Of a stretch of 64,000 nucleotides of DNA, positions 47,809 to 57,064 are shown in pieces. Both the position numbers and the translations under genes were made by a program. Numbering within the stretch: position 1 is the stretch's first letter; the number at the start of each line of letters is the position of its first letter. Source of the stretch: Calditrichales bacterium (lineage in GTDB: Bacteria; Calditrichota; Calditrichia; Calditrichales; J004); contig WGCN01000023.1 in NCBI GenBank assembly GCA_015493745.1, positions 38,568-102,567 of the forward strand. The letters run 5' to 3'. Under the pieces are notes generated by a model, which was not told the DNA's origin, did no database searches, and saw nothing but the letters and a program-made list of their open reading frames with translations.

Positions 47809-48087
47809 ATGAGCCAAACCATTACAGTACAACCGGACTATAACATCACCGTTTCCAGCAGCGATGTTTTAAAGGATGAACTACTACGCCATATCCGGGA
47901 GGGAGCCGACCATATTGTTGTTGATTTTTCACAAGTGAAAATCATTGATTCAACCGGTCTGAGCGTCTTGATATCTACCCATAACACCATTAAGGATAAA
48001 CATCCTCTGGAGTTGGTTAATGTTTCGGATGACATAAAAAAGCTGCTGGCAATTACCCGTCTGGATAAACATTTTCAGGTAAACTAA
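47809..48087 (+). CDS. STAS-domain anti-sigma-factor antagonist (RsbV/SpoIIAA-like)
   Basis: 92 aa. HIVVDFSQVKIIDSTGLSVLIS (Ser in a DSxG context) and LLAITRLDKHFQV. Confidence 0.8.
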   Translation: MSQTITVQPDYNITVSSSDVLKDELLRHIREGADHIVVDFSQVKIIDSTGLSVLISTHNTIKDKHPLELVNVSDDIKKLLAITRLDKHFQVN

Positions 48088-48128
48088 ACGGGCAGGTTGA
48101 GTTTGTATATAATCAAGAGGGCAATAAG

Positions 48129-51100
48129 ATGGCCATGATCGAAGACGATGAAATCGTTCGAGTGTTTATCGAGGAATCCACGGAACATCTGGATGGTATA
48201 GAAAGCGATTTCCTTGAAATAGAAAAAGATGGCGCCAATATGAATGTTGATCTGATCAACAAGGTTTTTCGCGCCATACATTCCGTAAAAGGGGGAGCAG
48301 GTTTCCTGGGGCTGGATAAAATAAAAGAGCTGGCCCATGAAATGGAAAACCTGTTGAATCTTATGCGGAATGGGGAACTGATTCCCACGCCGGAGATTAT
48401 CAGCATACTTCTTTCCGGAAACGACAAGCTAAATGAGCTTATTACCCATTTTGCGGAATCCAATGAAATGGATATCGCCGAAGAGGTGGTGATGCTCAAG
48501 GGAGCCACAACCGCGGCATTACCGGATGAAGAAAAAGACAGTGTCGAGATCGAAGAGAAAATATGCCTGCCCAACGGCTATCATGTTTTTTGCGCTAAAA
48601 AGCTGGAACTGGACCAGGCACAAAAGGCGGGACGTATCCTTTACCTGGCGGAGTTTGATCTGCTGCGCGATATCGAACGTAAAAATAAAACACCGTTGGA
48701 TATCATTCGCGAAATCCAGCAGGCCGGCCAACTGGTGGAGAGCAAAGTGGATGTTGACGCCATCGGCACTTTGGATGTCTTGAATAATAATATGAGAATC
48801 CCTTTTTATGTCCTCTTTGCTACCGTTCTGGAACAGGATCTGGTGGGCAAGCTGATCAACCTGGATGACTCCCATATCTATTATTTTAACAAGGAACGGA
48901 ATATTTTTCCCGTGGCCGCAGCCAGTGAAGCAGCCGAGGAACTCGCCGAAAACCTGAAGGAACCTGAGGTTGCCTCTCCGGCCCCGCAAGCGGAAACGCC
49001 ACCGGAATCCGCCAGGGTCATTGAGGAAAGCAAACCGGCTGAGGCGGCACCGGAAGTGCCTAAAAAAACCGCGCCGGTAAAAAAGGCTCCCGTGCACTCT
49101 GAGAAAAAGGCTGCTTCCAAAACCGCCAAGCCTCCGGCAAACACGGCGAAGGAGAGTCATCCGACCTTTGTGAATGAAACCCTGCGCGTAAATTTGAAAG
49201 ATCTGGATACCCTGATGACCCTGGCCGGGGAGTTGGTGCTTACCCGCAATCAACTGTTGCAAACCCGCAATCAAAATGATCCAAAGGAGCTGGAGAATGC
49301 CATCCAAAGGGTAGACCTGATCACCTCCGAACTGCAGGAAGCGATCATGGCCACGCGCATGCAACCCATTGGCATCGTGTTTAATAAATTCCAGCGGGTG
49401 GTACGCGATCTTTCCAAAAAATTGAATAAAAAAACCGAACTGATCATCGAGGGTGAAGGCGTGGAGATGGATAAGACCATCATTGAGGCCATTGGTGACC
49501 CTTTGACCCACCTTATACGTAACTCGGTGGATCACGGAATTGAGGATATAGAAACCCGGGCGGCTCTTGGGAAATCACCAACAGCCATCCTGCGTCTGAG
49601 TGCCCTGCATGAAGCCGGCCAGGTGGTCATAAAAGTCGAGGATGACGGTGGCGGCATTGATCCCGAAAAAATAAAAACCAAAGCCATAGAAAAGGGCTTT
49701 ATTTCCCAGGCTGAGTTGGATGAAATGAGTGACAATGAGGTTCTGAAGCTGATTTTCCGTCCCGGATTCTCCATGGCCAGGGAGGTGACCGAAATCTCCG
49801 GCCGCGGTGTGGGCATGGATGTGGTCTTTAGCAATCTCTCCAAACTGGGGGGAACGATTGATATTCAGTCCAAGGTCAATGTGGGGACCACCATCAGTAT
49901 CAAACTGCCCCTGACCCTGGCTATTATTCCATCGCTTATCGTGCGGGTGGATGACGATCGTTTTGCCTTGCCCCAGGTAAATCTTGTGGAATTGGTAAGG
50001 GTTGCGGCCGGGCAGGCGGCCAATAAGATAGAAAAGATAGACAATGCCGTGGTGATGCGTTTGCGTGGCGCTCTGCTGCCATTGATAGATCTGCGCCAGG
50101 TGCTGCAGGGCAAGCAAAACGGCTTTATTAACCTTGAGGAAAATAATCAGGCCACCAATATTGTTGTGGTTAATGCCGGCAGCTTTAATTACGGTATCAT
50201 CGTGGATGATCTGTTGGATTCCGAAGAGATTGTGGTCAAACCGCTGGGAATACATCTGCATCATCTGGAAACCTATGCCGGAGCCACCATTTTGGGTGAC
50301 GGGCGCGCGGCTCTGATCCTCGATATCGTCGGCATCAGTAAGGCCATGAAACTGAAACCGGTTAAGCAGAAGCAGGATGAGGAAGAAAAACAACTTGAAA
50401 ACCTGTTGGGTCAAAAAGACAGTCAATCCATGTTGCTGTTGAGTAATGGCCATGATGAGCAGTTTGCCATACCCCTGGGGCTGGTTTCCCGGATTGAAAA
50501 AATCAGGAAAGAAGATTTGGCTGAAACCAGCGGACGCCGGGCCCTGAAATACCGTGGCGGTACGCTGGTCGTTCTGGCCATTGAGGATGTGGCCCCGGTG
50601 AAACCGCGTGTGGAAACGGACACTCCTTATGTGGTGGTTTTTAAATATGGCGGAAAAGAAGTGGGCGTGGTTGTCTCTCATATCATAGATGTGGTGGATT
50701 TCCTCACGGATATTGATGAGGATACTTTCCGTCAGCCGGGTATCGTCGGCTCCTCCATCATCATGGATCAAATTACCTTGTTGGTGGATTTATACGGCCT
50801 GGCTGCTGCCGCCATGCCGGAACGTTTTGTCGAACTGGAAGAAGAAGAACAGCGGGCCAGAGTCCATAAGAAAAGTACCATACTTATTGTGGAAGATTCC
50901 AAGTTTTTCCTCAATCAGATAAAAGGCTTTACCGAAGACGCCGGTTACAATGTCGTAACGGCTCTTGATGGAGTGGAAGGTCTTGAACGACTGGATTCCA
51001 TGCAGCGTGAGATTGACTTGATATTAACCGATATTGAAATGCCCAATCTGGACGGGATAGGTTTTACCCGTGAGGTCAGAGCCAAGGAAGAATTTCGCAA

Positions 51101-51251
51101 CATGCCGATTCTGGCCCTGACATCCGTGGCCGGGGATGAAGCCGAAAAGGTGGCCCTGGAAGCCGGGATTGATGAGTACCTCATTAAACTGGACCGGGAA
51201 AAGGTATTGGCAAATATTGAAAACTATCTAAAAAACGGACGTCAAAACTAA
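48129..51251 (+). CDS. cheA: Hybrid CheA-type histidine kinase (HPt, Pro/Ala-rich linker, dimerisation, HATPase, two CheW-like domains, C-terminal REC)
   Basis: 1040 aa. FRAIHSVKGGAGF; [27 protein letters not shown]. Two CheW-like segments (RFALPQVNLVEL..., QFAIPLGLVSRIE...). Receiver: ILIVEDSKFF...DLILTDIEMPNLDG. Confidence 0.9.
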   Translation: MAMIEDDEIVRVFIEESTEHLDGIESDFLEIEKDGANMNVDLINKVFRAIHSVKGGAGFLGLDKIKELAHEMENLLNLMRNGELIPTPEIISILLSGNDKLNELITHFAESNEMDIAEEVVMLKGATTAALPDEEKDSVEIEEKICLPNGYHVFCAKKLELDQAQKAGRILYLAEFDLLRDIERKNKTPLDIIREIQQAGQLVESKVDVDAIGTLDVLNNNMRIPFYVLFATVLEQDLVGKLINLDDSHIYYFNKERNIFPVAAASEAAEELAENLKEPEVASPAPQAETPPESARVIEESKPAEAAPEVPKKTAPVKKAPVHSEKKAASKTAKPPANTAKESHPTFVNETLRVNLKDLDTLMTLAGELVLTRNQLLQTRNQNDPKELENAIQRVDLITSELQEAIMATRMQPIGIVFNKFQRVVRDLSKKLNKKTELIIEGEGVEMDKTIIEAIGDPLTHLIRNSVDHGIEDIETRAALGKSPTAILRLSALHEAGQVVIKVEDDGGGIDPEKIKTKAIEKGFISQAELDEMSDNEVLKLIFRPGFSMAREVTEISGRGVGMDVVFSNLSKLGGTIDIQSKVNVGTTISIKLPLTLAIIPSLIVRVDDDRFALPQVNLVELVRVAAGQAANKIEKIDNAVVMRLRGALLPLIDLRQVLQGKQNGFINLEENNQATNIVVVNAGSFNYGIIVDDLLDSEEIVVKPLGIHLHHLETYAGATILGDGRAALILDIVGISKAMKLKPVKQKQDEEEKQLENLLGQKDSQSMLLLSNGHDEQFAIPLGLVSRIEKIRKEDLAETSGRRALKYRGGTLVVLAIEDVAPVKPRVETDTPYVVVFKYGGKEVGVVVSHIIDVVDFLTDIDEDTFRQPGIVGSSIIMDQITLLVDLYGLAAAAMPERFVELEEEEQRARVHKKSTILIVEDSKFFLNQIKGFTEDAGYNVVTALDGVEGLERLDSMQREIDLILTDIEMPNLDGIGFTREVRAKEEFRNMPILALTSVAGDEAEKVALEAGIDEYLIKLDREKVLANIENYLKNGRQN

Positions 51252-51261
51252 GGTATGTAAA

Positions 51262-51726
51262 ATGAAAAGAAATGAACAGGAATGGATGGAGCTGACCATA
51301 TTTCAGGTGGCGGATGTTAGCTGTGCGATGGATATCCTGAATATTAAGGAGATAATTAAACATCTGGAAATAACCCGGGTACATAACGCCCCCCCCTATA
51401 TCCGGGGCGTGGCCAGCCTGCGCGGTGAAATTATCACCGTGGTGGATGTACGGGAAAAATTCGGCTTTGACCCCATCCCCTTAAACGAGGATATGCGCAT
51501 AATCGTTACCTCTTACCGGGGGGAGAATACCGGCCTGCTTGTGGACAGGGTGTTGGATGTACATATGGTGGATGTGGATGCCATGGAACCGCTGGCTTCA
51601 AATATTAACGGTATCAACCGCGATTTCTTTTCCGGAATTTACAAAATGGAAAGCGGCCTGGCCGCGGTTCTAAATACCGAGGCTTTACTGCAGGGTGACT
51701 CTAAACTAAACGAACATGTGCGCTAA
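51262..51726 (+). CDS. cheW: CheW-like coupling protein
   Basis: 154 aa. LTIFQVADVSCAMDILNIKEI...GVASLRGEIITVVDVREKFG. Confidence 0.85.
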   Translation: MKRNEQEWMELTIFQVADVSCAMDILNIKEIIKHLEITRVHNAPPYIRGVASLRGEIITVVDVREKFGFDPIPLNEDMRIIVTSYRGENTGLLVDRVLDVHMVDVDAMEPLASNINGINRDFFSGIYKMESGLAAVLNTEALLQGDSKLNEHVR

Positions 51727-51741
51727 AAAGGAAGGTGCGAA

Positions 51742-53406
51742 ATGTTTAAGAATCTTAAAATAAAATATAAGCTTTTCGGAGGTTTTTTTCTGGCATTTCT
51801 GATTCTGGCCATTGTGGCTCTAAAATCCCAATTCGCCTTAAATACCATTCATGACAAAGAAGCCCAGGTGAATCAGATGGATTTGATTCAGCAATTATTT
51901 CTTAAAAAAATAACCGATCACTATAAATGGGTGAACAGGGTAAATGAAGATATCGTCAGGCAAAGCAACCGTCTCAATGTGACAACAGATGACCATTCCT
52001 GCTCTTTGGGAAAATGGCTGTATGGAGCCGACCGGCAAAAAACGGTAAATATGTTCCCCGAACTAAAGGCGGTTGTGAAGTCGCTGGAAGAACCCCATGC
52101 CCGCTTGCATCAGTCCGCCATCGGCCTGGAAAAATTGATGCAGCTTAATGTGAATCCGGTAGCCCTGTCCAACTACTACAAAAACAAAACAAAACCCGCT
52201 TTGTCCGAAGTGCAGGCCGGGTTGGAAAAAGCGGTGGAACTATTGAACCGCGACCGGGAAAAGGCGGGCGTTGAGTTGGAAGCCATTCAAACTTCGGCCA
52301 TAAGCTGGGGATATGGCTTGCTGCTTTTTGCCGCTTTTGCCTTTATCTCCCTGAGTATTCTGCTGGCCAATATGATCGTAAAACCGCTGGGTGAAAGTGT
52401 TGAGTTTGCCAAGGCCATTCAGAATGGCGATTTAACCGTTACCATGTATAGCGACCGGGAAGATGAGATCGGTGAATTGCAGACCGCCCTAAGCGAAATG
52501 GGAGCCAACCTGAAATCCCTGTTGGGCGATGTTTTAACCTACTCGGATCAATTATCCGGAGCTTCGGAACAGATGAATCAGGCCGCGGGGAAAATGTCCG
52601 AGGAGACGGCACAGGTTAATGAAAAATCCCATACGGTGGCCTCCGCGGCGGAAGAAATGAGTGTGACCATGAAGGATGTTTCCTCCGCCAGTGAACAGGC
52701 GACCGCCAATATAAACCATGTAGCTTCCTCCGCGGAACAGATGAGCGCGACCGTATCCGAGATTGCCCATAATTCGGAGAATGCCCGGACTATTACGGAA
52801 AAAGCTGTGAAGTCGGTTGAACATGCTTCGGCCAAGGTGGCTGTTTTGGGTGAGGCTGCCCGCCAGGTTACGCAGGTGGTTGAAGTGATAAATGAAATCA
52901 GTGAGCAAACAAAACTGTTGGCATTAAATGCCACCATCGAAGCCGCCCGGGCGGGTGAGGCCGGAAAGGGTTTTGCCGTTGTGGCCAATGAGGTTAAGGA
53001 ACTGGCCAAGCAAACAAACGACGCCATCGGGGAAATCCGCTCCAGGATTGAAGCCATACAAAATTCCACGGACGACACGGTCGCTGAAATCAGTAGCATA
53101 AGCCGTGTTATTGGGGAGGTTAACGATACGGTTAACAATATTGCCACCGCGGTGGAAGAGCAATCGGTAACGACGAGCGATATTGCCAATAATGTAAAAG
53201 ATGCCGCCTTCGGGCTGACCTCCGTTGCCGATTCCGTAACACAAACGGCACAGGCATCGCAATCCATTGCCGCGGATATCTCCCTTGTTAACCAGACAAA
53301 CGATATGGTACTTCAGGAAAGCATGATCGTCAGTGAAAATGCCGGGGAGCTGGCGGAAATGAGTGAGCAATTACGTTCCATCGTAAAACGTTTCCGGTTG
53401 AATTAA
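51742..53406 (+). CDS. Methyl-accepting chemotaxis protein with a CZB-type (Zn-binding) motif in the predicted periplasmic domain
   Basis: 554 aa. TM1 (res ~11-27); HYKW-x23-CSLGKW-x26-HARLH; TM2 ([25 protein letters not shown]); HAMP; MCP tip [39 protein letters not shown]. Confidence 0.85.
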   Translation: MFKNLKIKYKLFGGFFLAFLILAIVALKSQFALNTIHDKEAQVNQMDLIQQLFLKKITDHYKWVNRVNEDIVRQSNRLNVTTDDHSCSLGKWLYGADRQKTVNMFPELKAVVKSLEEPHARLHQSAIGLEKLMQLNVNPVALSNYYKNKTKPALSEVQAGLEKAVELLNRDREKAGVELEAIQTSAISWGYGLLLFAAFAFISLSILLANMIVKPLGESVEFAKAIQNGDLTVTMYSDREDEIGELQTALSEMGANLKSLLGDVLTYSDQLSGASEQMNQAAGKMSEETAQVNEKSHTVASAAEEMSVTMKDVSSASEQATANINHVASSAEQMSATVSEIAHNSENARTITEKAVKSVEHASAKVAVLGEAARQVTQVVEVINEISEQTKLLALNATIEAARAGEAGKGFAVVANEVKELAKQTNDAIGEIRSRIEAIQNSTDDTVAEISSISRVIGEVNDTVNNIATAVEEQSVTTSDIANNVKDAAFGLTSVADSVTQTAQASQSIAADISLVNQTNDMVLQESMIVSENAGELAEMSEQLRSIVKRFRLN

Positions 53407-53428
53407 CCTTAACAGAGGTATCCTAGCA

Positions 53429-55072
53429 ATGACGATTAAAACAAAACTTTTTGCCGTGATTTTTGTCTTGGCATCGATCGGTTTTTTCATGTTTCTGATG
53501 AATTGGCAACTCAGTTCATCCCAGGAACTTGACGCGCGGGTCATCAATATGGCCGGACGCCAACGGATGTTGAGCCAAAAACTGACTAAGGAACTGGTGG
53601 CCTATGTGGAAAGAAAGGAACGTACGGGAATTCCTCCGCGGGAATTGAAAAAGTCCATACTGGAAACAAGTACGATTTTTGACAAAACCTTAAACAGTCT
53701 TATCTCTTCCGGCGACGTTCCTTCAACGCTTTCTTTGGACGGCCCGCAAATTTATTTACCGGCCGCGGAAAAGGAAATACAGGGAGCCCTTAGGGATGTG
53801 GCTGCCGTATGGGCTGATTTTGCGCCGCATATCCGGAAAGTGTTGTCCGATGATATCGACTTTAACTCCCTGGATTGGATTATTGACCATAATATGGAAC
53901 TGCTATCCAAAATGAATATTGCCGTCACTCTTTTTCAAAAAGCATCCGAGGACAAGACGGCTCTGGCCCTTACCTTTCAAAAGGCCAGCGCTTTTGTCGG
54001 TTCGCTGATTTTCTTTCTGGCGGTCTATCTGATTATCGGGATTATAAAAAAGATCAATGCGCTTAAAGAATATGCCGAAGCGCTGGGAACCGGGGATTTT
54101 ACCGTAGAGGCCCCTCCCGTTTCCGAAGATGAATTGGGGCAAACGGTATCCGCAATCCGCGAGATGGCGGAAAATATAAAGCATCTGGCGGGGGATATTA
54201 AGGAGAACAGTGAGTTGGTTTCCGGGTCTTCCGAAGAGCTGATTCAAATGGCCCGGGAGCTTATCAGCAACTCCGGCAATCTCAATGAAAAAGTTACATC
54301 CCTGGCCTCGGCTTCGGAACAACTGAATGTAAATATGAAAGACTCTTCCGACCGGGTGGGGCATTCCAGTGATAATTTAAGCGAACTGAACCGCACCATA
54401 AACGATTTGCAGAGCACGGTTCAGGGTATTGCCTCCAATACGGCCAAGGCCAAGCAGCTGACCGATGATTCCGTTGAGAAAGTGGAAACGGCCAGCACCA
54501 GCATCTCCGCCCTAAGCACGGCTGCCCGGGAAATCAACATGGTTATCGATATGATTGTGGAGATTGCGGAGCAAACAAAACTACTGGCGTTGAACGCCAC
54601 CATAGAGGCGGCACGCGCCGGGGAGGCGGGTAAGGGTTTTGCCGTTGTCGCCAATGAAGTGAAAGAACTGGCCAAACAGACAAACTCGGCCACCGAAAAC
54701 ATACAAAAACGTATTACCGCCATGCAGGATACCACTAAACAGACCGTTTTGGATATCGAATCCATTTCCGGCTCCATCCGTGAGGTGAGTACGATCGTGC
54801 ATTCCATCTCCGCGGAGGTGGATCATCAAAACGAGGCCACAAACGGCTTTGCCTCCAAGGTGACCGAAACCCACCAGGCCATGCAGGATATTAGTATGGG
54901 CGTTTCCGAGATCGCCGATGTCACCCGGGCCATCGTGGAGGATATTTCGACCGTTCACCGGGAAAGTTCCCAGGTGGATAGTACCGGTCATCAGCTTTCC
55001 GGCAAAGCGGATCAACTGGTGAGCGTAAGTGAAAGACTTAAAAAGGGCTTAACACACTTTAAACTTAATTAA
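53429..55072 (+). CDS. Methyl-accepting chemotaxis protein with a PilJ/NarX-type N-terminal sensor
   Basis: 547 aa. TM1; [18 protein letters not shown] box; TM2; HAMP; same MCP tip class as 51742. Confidence 0.85.
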   Translation: MTIKTKLFAVIFVLASIGFFMFLMNWQLSSSQELDARVINMAGRQRMLSQKLTKELVAYVERKERTGIPPRELKKSILETSTIFDKTLNSLISSGDVPSTLSLDGPQIYLPAAEKEIQGALRDVAAVWADFAPHIRKVLSDDIDFNSLDWIIDHNMELLSKMNIAVTLFQKASEDKTALALTFQKASAFVGSLIFFLAVYLIIGIIKKINALKEYAEALGTGDFTVEAPPVSEDELGQTVSAIREMAENIKHLAGDIKENSELVSGSSEELIQMARELISNSGNLNEKVTSLASASEQLNVNMKDSSDRVGHSSDNLSELNRTINDLQSTVQGIASNTAKAKQLTDDSVEKVETASTSISALSTAAREINMVIDMIVEIAEQTKLLALNATIEAARAGEAGKGFAVVANEVKELAKQTNSATENIQKRITAMQDTTKQTVLDIESISGSIREVSTIVHSISAEVDHQNEATNGFASKVTETHQAMQDISMGVSEIADVTRAIVEDISTVHRESSQVDSTGHQLSGKADQLVSVSERLKKGLTHFKLN

Positions 55073-55086
55073 GGGGCGGAAAGTTG

Positions 55087-56193
55087 ATGGGCCGTAAAAA
55101 GATAAAAGTACTGATTGTTGACGATACGGTTCTGTACCGGAAAATCATTCGCGATACCCTGGCCTCCTTTGAGGAGGTGGATGTTGTGGGCACGGCGTCC
55201 AACGGTAAAATCGCCTTGTCTCAAATAACGGCGCTTAAGCCGGATCTGGTAACACTGGATCAGGAAATGCCGGAACTCAACGGTGTACAGACACTGCGCA
55301 TGCTCAAAGCCTTTAACGGCAAAATGCCGGCCACGGTCATGGTGTCCGCTCATACCACCAAAGATGCCGCCGTTACCATGCAGGCCCTGGAACTGGGAGC
55401 TTTTGATTTTATCACCAAACCCTCAGGTGCCTCCATGCAATCTAATATCACGGCATTGGAGCGGCAATTCAAACCCATCTTGCAGGCCTATGCCGTTAAA
55501 AGCAATCTCGGCCGCGCCCCGGTTGTGTCGAGAAAAGTCCCGGGCGAGACTCCGCCGCCGGGGGGAAGTATTGATCCGGAGACCTTTACCGGACAGGCCA
55601 TTCAAAGTAATCTGCGCCCCGAGGCCGTAGCCATCGGTATTTCCACCGGCGGGCCCAAGGCCCTGGCTCAGGTTATCCCTTTACTTAAAACCGGCCTGAG
55701 TCAGCCTGTCTTTATTGTACAACACATGCCGGCCATGTTTACCAAAGCGCTTGCGGATTCCTTAAATGAAAAGTCATCATTACTGGTAAAGGAAGCGGAA
55801 AACGGTGAAATCGTTACCCGGGGCCGGGTTTATATCGCCCCCGGTGGCAAACATATGAAGGTGGTGAAAAGCCTGGGGGGTCAGGTCACTATTGAAATTA
55901 CGGATGATGCCCCGGAGAATTTCTGCAAACCGGCCGCGGACTATCTCTTTCGCTCGGTTGCCGATGTTTATGGGAAAAAAACATTGGGGGTGATCATGAC
56001 CGGCATGGGCCGTGACGGTGTTAAAGGGCTGCAGGTGTTAAAAAAGAAAGGGGCGGCGGTTCTGGCTCAGGATAAGAAAACTTCGATTGTTTTCGGTATG
56101 CCGATGGAAGCCATTCGCGCCGGGGTCGTTGACCAGGTGGCGCCGTTGTCTTCCCTGGCCGGTGAAATAAACCGAATATGTACCGGTATTTAG
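55087..56193 (+). CDS. cheB: Chemotaxis methylesterase CheB (second copy)
   Basis: IKVLIVDDTVLYR, DLVTLDQEMPELNG; IGISTGGPKAL, IVQHMP, MTGMGRDG. Confidence 0.9.
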   Translation: MGRKKIKVLIVDDTVLYRKIIRDTLASFEEVDVVGTASNGKIALSQITALKPDLVTLDQEMPELNGVQTLRMLKAFNGKMPATVMVSAHTTKDAAVTMQALELGAFDFITKPSGASMQSNITALERQFKPILQAYAVKSNLGRAPVVSRKVPGETPPPGGSIDPETFTGQAIQSNLRPEAVAIGISTGGPKALAQVIPLLKTGLSQPVFIVQHMPAMFTKALADSLNEKSSLLVKEAENGEIVTRGRVYIAPGGKHMKVVKSLGGQVTIEITDDAPENFCKPAADYLFRSVADVYGKKTLGVIMTGMGRDGVKGLQVLKKKGAAVLAQDKKTSIVFGMPMEAIRAGVVDQVAPLSSLAGEINRICTGI

Positions 56194-56208
56194 ATAAGGC
56201 TGAATTAT

Positions 56209-57051
56209 ATGTTAAAACTTTCGGGTAACGAACTCACGGTGATATCGAAGTTTGTGCGTGATTTGAGCGGGATTGTTCTGGATTCGTCCAAATCCTATTT
56301 GGTTGAGAGCCGTCTGGGGCCGCTGGCGGAAGAGTATCAATGTAAAAATTACAGTGAGCTCTATTTTAAGGCCCGTCAGGATCCGACTAAGCGGATCGCT
56401 AACCGCATTGTGGATGCCATTACGACCAATGAGACTTTCTTTTTCAGGGATAACAGCCCGTTTGAGTTATTGCGGCACAAGGTGATCCCCGATTTGATAG
56501 ACCGCATCATGGACGGGCCGCGGTCATCCTTTCCCGCAATGAAAATCTGGAGCGCCGCCTGCTCTACGGGGCAGGAAGTTTATAGCGTGGCCATCATATT
56601 AAAAGAGTTGCTGGGTGATGATATAAAACGCTGGCGTATTCAGTTGGTGGGTACGGATATCTCCGATGCGGCCATTGCCCAGGCCAGTTACGGGCGCTAC
56701 AATAAAACGGAAATTGCCCGGGGATTGCGCCCGGATCAGTTGAAAAAATATTTTGAAGAGCATGAGAATTATACCAAGGTGCGCGATGAAATAAGATACC
56801 TGGCTAATTTCAGACGGTTGAACCTTTTGGAACCCTTTGGCTTTATGGGAAAATTTGATATCATACTTTGCCGCAATGTGGCTATTTACTTTGATATGGA
56901 AGACCGGAAAAGCCTTTTTAACCGTCTGGGGGATCAGCTAAACCCCAAGGGCGCTTTGATCATCGGGGCCACCGAATCCCTGTTTGGAGTAAGTGACCGC
57001 TATGAAAGAAAAAGTTATATGAACTCCGTGTTCTATCAAATCAAAGATTAA
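56209..57051 (+). CDS. cheR: Chemotaxis methyltransferase CheR (second copy)
   Basis: 280 aa. TTNETFFFRD, KIWSAACSTGQEVYSVA, GTDIS, ILCRNVAIYFD. Confidence 0.9.
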   Translation: MLKLSGNELTVISKFVRDLSGIVLDSSKSYLVESRLGPLAEEYQCKNYSELYFKARQDPTKRIANRIVDAITTNETFFFRDNSPFELLRHKVIPDLIDRIMDGPRSSFPAMKIWSAACSTGQEVYSVAIILKELLGDDIKRWRIQLVGTDISDAAIAQASYGRYNKTEIARGLRPDQLKKYFEEHENYTKVRDEIRYLANFRRLNLLEPFGFMGKFDIILCRNVAIYFDMEDRKSLFNRLGDQLNPKGALIIGATESLFGVSDRYERKSYMNSVFYQIKD

Positions 57052-57064
57052 TTAATTGTAAGAG

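Noticed and set aside
48519-50771. Long antisense ORFs inside cheA2 (338 aa and 398 aa); similar cases at 5412..6383 +, 3145..3903 -, 35685..36458 - and 11606..12259 -
   Set aside because: These are shadow ORFs opposite well-supported genes. Their products are low-complexity and rich in His/Gly/Arg/Phe, with no recognisable motifs.
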